The notes under the pieces were generated by a model. That model worked only from the letters and a program-made list of their open reading frames with translations, ran no database searches and was not told where the DNA came from. Position numbers and translations under genes: made by a program. Shown here piece after piece: positions 50,201 to 59,120 of a stretch of DNA of 64,000 nucleotides (the stretch's first letter is position 1; the number at the start of each line of letters is the position of its first letter). The stretch lies in NCBI GenBank assembly GCA_905178155.1, contig CAJINV010000003.1:8929292-8993291 (forward strand), read 5' to 3'. This stretch comes from Amoebophrya sp. A120. Its lineage: Eukaryota > Protista > Dinoflagellata.

Positions 50201-53200
50201 GACCCTGAAAAACCGTCTACGTCGCATCTAGACTGCATGCTATGGTCGACTCAGCCCTTCCAAAACGGGGCCCCGGGACTGGCGACCCTTTTGGAGCTCC
50301 TGAATCGACCATAGCACGCAGTCTAGATGCGACGTAGACGGTTTTTCTGGGGTTTTTTGTTGGTCAGGGCCACTTTTTGACCGAGTGGCGAGCGTCTGGG
50401 TCGCGGTGGCGGAGTCGGAAGAGGGGGAGGACGCAGAGGAAACGCGGCAGTTTGCACGATGCGATCGCCTTTTCCGGGTCCCCTACTCATGCAACGTTTT
50501 TCAACGTTGCGACCGGGTCCAGGAGGCGGCACCGACGTGGAGGCGAAACAGGGCCAAGCTGCACAATTTGCCTTCCGTCGCTGGCGCCCTTTCGCACTAG
50601 TTATCTAAATTCAATGCAGCTACATTGGAGTCCCACGGAAGCTAAGATCATGACCTACTTGATTTACACCCATTCAAAATTCCTACAGGGCGCGTAAAAA
50701 TTTTTTTTTCGAAAAATTGAAAAACCGTCTACGTCTACACTTTTTCTTGTGATATCCGTGGCCATAGCGGTCTCGGCCGCAGCTCCATCAGCAACAACAT
50801 ACTCACTCAAAAATTCCTCCCATGCCTGTGCGTGCGCTCTTACCAGAGCTTCATCTGCACCGTCGGGTATTGCAACCATCAAAAAAGATTTTCTTTCTGC
50901 AGCTTGCCGATGCCCGAAACTGTTCGTCTCGTGTCCACTTCTTGTTGTGGTTATCGTAATAGTTCTTTCTGTTGCGGTGGGCATATCCACGGATGTGGCT
51001 CCTGTCGCGTCGCCTTGTGCTACTTGGGTCCCGCTCTCTATAACGGTAGCGCCAAACGTCAATTCGACAAAGTTGAAACTCTTTGGCTTTGCAATGCATA
51101 CAATCAACACCAAGAATTCCTAAGCCGTGGCGCGTGGCGGCTTTTCGACGTAGCAGTAGAGCCGAGATCCAATAATTTGTCGCGCTGCTTTGACTTTGGG
51201 CGTGGAGTAGAGGTGCTTTTGTCATGCTCCTTCGCAGCTCTATTCCCAAATCCGACCAATCTATTTACCATGCATAGGCCTCATTTGCCTGCTCCCCAAT
51301 ACAGGCACCTGGCCGTTGTGCTCTGCGTTTTATTTTTGTGCATCCCGAAGTATTTCAACTTAGTGAATTGCGAACCTGACGCTCCTTCCATATCCTCGAT
51401 GGGACGGGGCCAGCGCAGGAAACACGGAGGCTCCCATGGCAAAATGTTTTCGAGTAAGGTTACAACACGTCCGACGTCGCCCATAGCGCTTTGGATCTGT
51501 GCTCCCAGATTTTCTTGCTCACGCAGAAGGAGTGATGCAGAATCTACAACATCGTCCCCGTTGTTCCCGTTATCTTCTGACACGGCAGCAGCTGCTGCTG
51601 CTGCAGCAACTGCTCTGTCCGCTGCTGCCGTTGCATGATAGCCGATGCTCATCTGCATAGCTCGGTTGAGGGAGGCTAAGAGACTCTGGTCGCCGCCAGG
51701 AACACCCTGCACAATGGCGCGGTCGTAGTCCCGCAGAACCCGGCAGAGAGGCACCTCCGCGTCCAGCACCTGCTGCCGCTGTACGAAGAGCGCTTTCAGA
51801 TCCGCACGAGTCTGCGGTGGCACAATGAGGAGGGCGTGGGCCCAGGACTGCTCTGGCCCCTCCCCCTTCTGCAGGTGGTACAGCAGCAGTAGCAAGGTTT
51901 CCGTCTGGTGCAGCAACAAGTTTCCGACCTCCAAGATCAGCGACATTGTGGCGTCCACCCATGGCTTAAAAGCGTTCGCATACAGGTGCCCATAAGTCAA
52001 GTCCACCACCTGGTGGTGGGCCCCAGCTTCACCTTCATCACTATGATATCTCTTCCTCGTGTCCAGATTATCATCCTGGTTCAGCATGTGGTGGTCAGCC
52101 TTGGCGCTTGTTTTCCGATCCATCTTTGTGTCGTTTAACGCGTCCTCGCCTGCCGCCCGCTCATGTTGGTGTTGCCCCTCGACTACAGCGGTTCTGCCTT
52201 GTGGGTAGTTCAGAACGTGAGGGAGGAGATGCTTGGACTCAAAAATGCGCCCCCGCTGCAGCTCCTCGACATAGGCAAACCGGCATTGATCATCCTGCTC
52301 CAAAATGACCGCATCTGTCATCATTTGTCGGCGCCAAACTTCCTCCGCGTCTTCGCTTGCTCGTTTCCAGTGCTCCAAAAGCTTCTTTTCCCGATTATGT
52401 CGCGGATCTAAATGTGCCTCTGTGCTGGATTCGGAAGTGATGCGCTGCTTTGGATCCGCCCCTACTGCACCTGAATACTTGTTGTCGTGGTGGTGGTGCT
52501 CCTTCTCTACTATTTCGGCAGCAGTTGAACTGCCCCCAGTGCGCCCTGATGTAGGGTCGTCTTGATCTTCATCCTTCGCCGGCTTCATTGTGCCCATATC
52601 AGACGCAGGCCCGAGTCCGGTGGCGCTGTCGGATATTGGGGGGAAGCACGTCGCGCACAGGACAAAACTCTCCGTGGCGAGCAAGAGAGCAGCCCACTGC
52701 TCTTGTAGCTTGTTGGTCATTTGGAAGGACTGGATGCGACTTTTGATGAGATGCGTCGCGCAGTACTCATCCGATAGATGCCCGGTTTGCGCCAAAAACT
52801 GCGCGTGGCTGTCGAGCCGGTCGTTGAAATTACGGTTGATAAATTGCCACTTGTGAACCAGTTCTTCGTGAGCCAGCCTCAGGTCAGTGCTGTTCTGGCA
52901 GCAAGTCGCCACATTTTTAGTGCTACTGTTCTCGTCTTCAGGGGACCAGGTATTACCTCCTCCGTCGCTATACAAATCTTGTGGACATATGTCACGTTCT
53001 TGAAAGACTCCCATGTGTTCGATCGCGCCTTGTTTTTCGTCCGCGAGGAAAAATCTGCCCGCATGCTGGGAGGCCCACGCCAAATGAACAGGCACCGCAT
53101 CAGCCGAAGTACACCACTGCTGCACCAACGAAACAGGGTGACGGGGAGCTGTCGGCGTTGCCCGAATCGTCCCATCAGCAGTGATTTTATCTTGGGCAGA

Positions 53201-53314
53201 TGAAAAAATATGATGTTGAAACGTGACTGAAACCAAAAGCAGGGAAGAACAGAGGCGACCTACTACCGCTTTCGGAATCGATCCCCACACATCAACCAGG
53301 CCGTTAGCCTCCAT
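47293..53314 (-). CDS. Large multi-exon protein with a C-terminal fucosyltransferase-like (GT-B, alpha-1,2/1,6-FucT clan) domain
   Basis: Motifs CGGHGDRLHGI...ALVTNRAFYID, IGIHFRAG, FFLAAD, LVLSASGFGATAA; ORFs 50664-51113 and 47293-49389 join in frame (AMATDRDAS) across 49300-50754. Linkage of the 677-aa ORF is inferred from adjacency. Confidence 0.75.
49300..50754. mobile_element. Large TIR introner, 1455 bp, TSD TCCGT, with internal foldback
   Basis: 34-bp TIR tatcacaggaaaaagtgtagacgtagacggtttt / aaaaccgtctacgtctacactttttcttgtgata with 1 mismatch; tccgt at 49295-49299 and 50755-50759; internal IR arms at 49958-50133 and 50208-50383. Confidence 0.95.
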
Positions 53315-54782
53315 CTCCTCAGTTATGTTTCGATGAAGCGAGTCGTGGTGGTCTGAATTATCATCTTCACTGCTGTCATTCTTGCCTAACTTACGTGGTA
53401 GGCGAAACTCAAAACCACGGGTGAACAGAGGATGAACAGCGTACTTCTACGTACTTGATAAATGATATATTAATCAAGAACAGTTTACAGAAGAGAGCAG
53501 AGTCACACTTTCCCGCAGGCGAATTTCTATTCCAAGAGCAAGTCATTGCCATACGGTACGTATGCATTTCAGAAAAAAGGAACAAGTAGGCGATCATGCC
53601 ATTTTTTGACCAAGAACCACACGATCGATCCTGATGGTACTGATCTCCAGCGTATGCATAGACCGGGTAAGCACACCGAGGACACTTAGACAGTTTCATG
53701 TATCTGTGAAGGTCTTTTGTCGACGTCGATCCTCGAATGACAATTTTTTCCTCAAGCTATACAAAAATCTGCTGGAGCCCAATCTTGGGTGCACATCAAC
53801 CCACAATGATGATTAGTTCGAGCGGGGCACGGCACAGCTCCCTCCTCCGACGCGCGGCAGGAATAGCCTGCCCTAATGCCCTAGTGGTAACGTCGTTGAC
53901 TGAGGCTAGATTTTTTCGTCATTCAAGTGAAGAAAAACCCCCCTCGCGATCATTGGGCATCGTTTCATTCGGGGCGGGCTGGCATGTTTCGCACATTCCG
54001 AGGAACAGGGCGGGACTACCAGCACACGCACAGGAGCCAGGACTTGTTTGTCCTATTCTTTCTTTGGCCTAGAGGTCAAGGATCGACAACGCGGCCACAC
54101 TTGCGGCTCGCTGTGTTAACGCTCTGACCCCCGAGCCATACTGATTGCGCAGTAATCACGCTTGAGGGGACTCGGGCCACTCCGTTAGTCCTTAGTTGAG
54201 TGAAGTTCCACAGGTTAAGAGCTACACCGTGGCGAGCTGATCAAGGCAAAGCACATCCCAACCGTCTGAATACGGCGCGCTGGATCCTTTCCCTGCTAAG
54301 TCTTTCATAGTGAGACCAGGGGAAGCCCCCCAGAGACGGCGCGACTCACTTTTTACAAACCTTCGCGCGGCACTGGCGCCTATCTAGATGCGGTGGGCCA
54401 ACTTGCTCTGAAGATGATTCGCAAAAAATTCAGATCGGCCTGGCGCGAGTGCTCTCTACACAGTCCTACTCTCCCTTTCGTGTTTTTCTAAGTCGCAAGG
54501 GTTGCTCTCTTTCAGCAGCCAACTTTTTCTCGGTCGGTTAGCTGGTTGCTAGTCGTTTGAGGAAGTGGCTACTGCGGTTGCTGAGCGCTGGTTGCTTTGT
54601 GTGGCAGAGGGCGTACAGGGGTAGGGATGGGGGGTCTATGTTAGCAAGCAAGGTGTCTGGACAAGGGGACCGGCCCCGAGGAGTTTGCCGCACGTCGTCG
54701 CAGCGCCGTCATAGATTGATTGGAGACTACTTCTTTCTCGCTCTACAAACGAACCGACTTATTCGCTCTAGTTACGAACATC

Positions 54783-54804
54783 CTTGAGCCACGATGGCTA
54801 CGGT
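54783..54804 (-). other. Full-length 22-nt dinoflagellate/perkinsid spliced-leader-like sequence (relic SL)
   Basis: Minus strand reads ACCGTAGCCATCGTGGCTCAAG, 20/22 to DinoSL DCCGTAGCCATTTTGGCTCAAG; followed by GA rather than the GT donor expected in an SL RNA gene. Confidence 0.85.
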
Positions 54805-54863
54805 CAAAAAAGGCGCATTTCATGTCTTGGTCAAAATAAAGCGCTGTATCACATTTCGAAGAG

Positions 54864-55706
54864 TCAGCGCCGCGGCTTTGGGATCCGCAGCAGACAAATC
54901 TCCTCCGCTCGCTCTCTCAGCCACCCTACGCGTGGCTGGTGAAAACTTTCGGCGCCCACGAACATCCCGCCCATGGCAGACACGTTTGCGACGTCCCAGC
55001 CCGCAAGCGGTTGATTAAACGCCGAGGCGTCCCAAAACATGCGACGCATGCTCCTCACACTGCGGGTATCCCAGTCGCCCAGTGCCTGGCTGAACCTCGC
55101 CGCTGCATAAAACATACTGTCCATATTCTCCACGCTGCGAGTATCCCAGTCCGCCAGCGGTTGGTTGAAGTCTGTCGCCCCGTGAAACATGCCTTGCAGC
55201 GATTTCACTTTGCGGACGTTCCAGCTTCCAATCGGCTGGTTGAAGTGGGTGGCGTTGCAGAACATGAATTCCATACTTCTCACGCTGCGAGTATCCCAAG
55301 GTAATGGCTGGCTGAAGCTCTCCGCCTCGGTAAACTACATGCATTCCATCGTTGTTACGTTTTGGACATTCCAGTTCCCAATCGGTTGGTTAAAAGTCCC
55401 GCATTGACAGAACATGTAACTCATGTCTGTCGCTCCGGAGACGTCCCAGCCAGAGATGTCAATATTGAACATCTCGGCACCCGAGAGTAACCAACTGAGG
55501 TTTTCGATGCGCGATAAGTCCCAATAACGGATAGGCCCGTACTTCTCCTCCACCTTCGCCCGGCGCTCCAGCTCGGGAGCGTCCGGGACGTCGCATTTGA
55601 ACGGCCGGAGGGCACTAATCAAGCTGCCGCGATTTTCAAACGGCTCATACTCTGACACAGCTTTCATGACATAGCGGATCACCAGGTCTGGTTGTGCCTC
55701 GTCCAA
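54864..55706 (-). pseudogene. DUF285 / BspA-like 25-aa repeat protein with one in-frame TAG
   Basis: About 7 repeats of MxxMFxxAxxFNQPLxxW[DN]xxxV after KYGPIRYWDLS; the two ORFs are in the same frame and separated only by TAG at 55335-55337; no introns. Confidence 0.85.
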
Positions 55707-55945
55707 CGGGCGGCTGCTGGAGTCTCCACTCTCCGATGCGGCGCCTTGAGTTTTATTTTTTTTTTTGCCGTGCTGCTGTAAGTTCCAGACTCTCAGACTT
55801 ATTTCGACGATTGTGGGACAGCGGGAACGGCACCCGGACCCGCCCGCTGTGCTTTATAATGCGCTCCCACGCGCGAATTTTATTTCATCATCTTTTGCAT
55901 CACACACACACTTACTTACTTAATTAATCCTGTACGTTTACGCAG

Positions 55946-56527
55946 TTACTTACTTAATACTGTAGTACGTTTACGCACCACACCGACATAGGGATGCTGC
56001 GCTATCATATATGCGGTGCACATTCCACCCGAAGAACAGCAGCTTTCGAGCATACCATGCCGATCAGCGTCCCCACCTGTTTCCGCGTTAGCACCGTGGC
56101 CCTTGCCGCTCTCCCCGACCCCGGCTTCGCCGGCATCCTGGTCCTGCTTGAGAAGGTGGACCAGTGTCAGCGGTTCCTGTTGCAATGTAGTTGCGCCGGC
56201 TGTCGGGGCCCCTGCTGATACGGTCGCGGGGACAATGGAATCCGTGAGAACCTCGTCACCGTCGCCCACGAAAAGCAAAATGTCACGGCCTACAACTACC
56301 TGACGCCGGCCACTTGGCTGCCACGGTGGGAGTGTCCCCATGAGGATTTCCGCGATAGATTCGCGAACGTCTTGTATGGAGGTAGTGAGCGACATAATCC
56401 AGATGTCTTTGTTGGGCGACTGGGGTAAAGATTTGGCAGAAAGTTTGTTGTAGAAGGCGACCCCGCACATCGCGGGCCCTTTGCCATCATCGTTTTGTTT
56501 TTGGCCCTGTTGATGTTGTGGCGTCAT
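55946..56527 (-). CDS. Hypothetical protein (~190 aa)
   Basis: Uninterrupted ORF from MTPQHQQ on the same strand as its neighbours; no recognised domain. Confidence 0.5.
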   Translation of the reverse strand: MTPQHQQGQKQNDDGKGPAMCGVAFYNKLSAKSLPQSPNKDIWIMSLTTSIQDVRESIAEILMGTLPPWQPSGRRQVVVGRDILLFVGDGDEVLTDSIVPATVSAGAPTAGATTLQQEPLTLVHLLKQDQDAGEAGVGESGKGHGANAETGGDADRHGMLESCCSSGGMCTAYMIAQHPYVGVVRKRTTVLSK

Positions 56528-56970
56528 GATTTGCGTTTTCCTTTTCTTTGTTCCTTGAGACAAAAGGGCTACGGCCACAATCTTTATCAAATCAAAAACA
56601 AAACTTACTGTAATAAAGAACCAGAGTAGATAGGCAGAGCTTACGAAACCTCGAAAGAATCCAACCGGCCTCGGCGTGCCCCATTTTTGCTGCTTCGTCC
56701 GATTCATACTCATACATCAACTTGCAGTTTGTTCTTTTAGGAAAAGGAAGGCAAAAACAGAAAAAAGAAAAGAGGGCAGAACAAATTTGCTATGCAGGCC
56801 TGGTCGCAAGTACTTGAACTTGCTCCAAGTCCCGAGGCGATCGCTTGCTCTGGGTGTTCTTAGGAACCGTCAGCACGCGTTGAGCATTTTTGATATTGTT
56901 TGTACTTAAAAAACATTCGACGAAAAAAGTACCTTAACGCTCGCGGGTCGAGGCTTTGAGTTTTTCTTTT

Positions 56971-57660
56971 TTAACCGACATCGCACAAGTCTTTGTCTTG
57001 TTTGAGGTAGTGATACTTTGGGAGTGTCTCTTTCAAGATCTGTATCAATCTCAAGTGGTTGCGGTCCTCGCGCTCGATGCCAGTCGTCCGTGGCACCGCG
57101 ATCGGTTCGTGCACCGCGTTCGTGGGAAACACAAGGCCGTCTGACACGAAAACGTTGCTTATCGCTGTGGCCGGCCCCCCTGGCGGTGCAGCTACAACGG
57201 ATCTGACGGAGGAGGAGGAAGACAACTGGCTTCCGCTTTTCCCACTCAGCTGTATGTTGACGCCAAAAATGCAGTCCGAACCAACCCCGGCCAAGTTGTC
57301 CAGCTTGGCGTTGACCTCGACCACGTTTGCGTCGCCCATTTTCTGAACGTTCTCAACAAAGCAACGCACCTCGAAGAGGTTGTGATCCCCGACGTGCATT
57401 CCTTGAGGCAGTCCCTCGTTCCGCAACACGCACTGTTCCTCCAACACATTGCCCTTACCAAGAAAGATCGGACCCCCGGTCGCCTCTACGCGCGCGAACG
57501 GGTGCAGCACGCAATCCTCGCCTATCACAATCGGAAACTCACCCCTCAGTTCGGCTTCCGCGCAGATCACTGCTCCCATCGATATCTCAATGCGCTGATG
57601 CATCTCGTCCCGATGCAGCTCCAAGTGGCCAATGTCGATGTTGTTATCACCTCGAGACAT
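56971..57660 (-). CDS. DCTN6: Dynactin subunit 6 (p27), left-handed beta-helix
   Basis: AVICAEAELRG..IVIGEDCVLHPFARVEATGGPIFLGKGNVLEE, VGDHNLFEV, GDANVVEV and C-terminal ILKETLPKYHYL are characteristic of p27. Confidence 0.9.
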   Translation of the reverse strand: MSRGDNNIDIGHLELHRDEMHQRIEISMGAVICAEAELRGEFPIVIGEDCVLHPFARVEATGGPIFLGKGNVLEEQCVLRNEGLPQGMHVGDHNLFEVRCFVENVQKMGDANVVEVNAKLDNLAGVGSDCIFGVNIQLSGKSGSQLSSSSSVRSVVAAPPGGPATAISNVFVSDGLVFPTNAVHEPIAVPRTTGIEREDRNHLRLIQILKETLPKYHYLKQDKDLCDVG

Positions 57661-59120
57661 CTTGATCTTTCGCTTTCCTGGGTTTGTCCTCTTGTAATAA
57701 ATTTAGATTCTGGGTAAAAAAAACCTGTCTTGTTCACTATTATCTTCATAGACATGATGCCTCACGTCGTTCACCACTGACTCGACTAGCTCTGGTACTA
57801 TTTTCTTAACAAAGTTTAAATACATCTGTTTCTATATCTGAGTCCAGGTGCTGGGTCACATTTGCTCTTCGACTTCTCCTTTTGCTTGTGCGTTTGCCGT
57901 TGCCCTCAATTGCGTATTTTCCGTTTCACTATACACTAAAAACCCAATTTTAATTTTTTTCAATTCCAAGAGGGAGTTCTTGTAGTTCTAATATGTAATT
58001 TAAATTTTCTTGTTTCGACTCAACTGGCACTCGGTTTCTAACACAGCAAACGTTTGGCTTTGGACACCAATTGAGCGAGCGGAACAAACCACTCCGATTC
58101 TCGGGAAGATATGCATCTTCGCCCATGGCCATGCTGCGCGACAGGCAACGGCTTCCATTAATTATGCTGCTGGCGGTCGTTCTTTTATTTTTCTATCGAC
58201 AAATTCAAATTTCGCTTCGAAAAAAAGTTCGCAAACATGAATGCGCTGTATCTGACGGTTGAATTCCGATAATTGTAGGACTGCATGTGAAGCAGGTGGT
58301 GCACATCTAAGTAGGTACAGAACAAAGACGTTGACGACACTGACGATGCGCCGAATAAATGTCTCTGTTGTCTGCTTTTTTTCAAGTCCGGTGACCATTT
58401 TTTCCCCTAGCGCTAGCTTACAATCGCTCCATTCATCTCCGAGATGAGGAGCTCCTCGTACATGGTCAAAAATCTGCTTCATGGTTGACATCATGATAGA
58501 GAATGTGACCAGTTACAGCTCGAACGCATCATCTCCTTGCATATGCATTTCTTCTCAGCACACAACAAGCGTCACCCCGTGCTATGCCTTTTAAAATTTC
58601 AAGTTTAACATCGAATGTAAGCAGCTGAAGAACCAACATGATCGACAGATGGATGGTCGGGGATGAAATGGAAAGCTGTATCTAGAACAACCATGAATTA
58701 ATATAAAAAAGCGATCGCAGGTTATCATGTTGATCGTGACGGCGAGTACAAGTACACGGCGCCTCGTCCATCAAGAGTCTGTGATGTGACAACGGACACA
58801 CAAATCTTCCTGCGCCGCACGAAGCAAGAAAGAAGAGCACCACGAGAAGTGTTGCAAGAAATAAAAGGTAAACAGGATGAGGAATGTTTTACTGCTACGC
58901 ACCTCCTCCAGCGCTAGCATTGGTTTTGGTTGCCTTTCAACTTCATGTTAAAAAATTTCTTGGTCTTGCTCTACACATGATAGGTATGTAAGTAAGTATT
59001 TGCACACCAAAAACGAAATCAGGCAAAGAGCTGCATCCTCCTGCTAGAGACGGGGACGGCAACAAGTCAGCACTCGCCATCTGAGGCTAGAAAAGGCGCA
59101 CTCCTTTTTAGAAGTGAGTC

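Noticed and set aside
54300-54470. Weak resemblance to group I intron R/S or RNase P motifs
   Set aside because: Matches are partial and the required pairings were not found.
57950-58494. Short minus-strand ORFs upstream of DCTN6
   Set aside because: Could be a small gene, but no motif or splice evidence supports a call.
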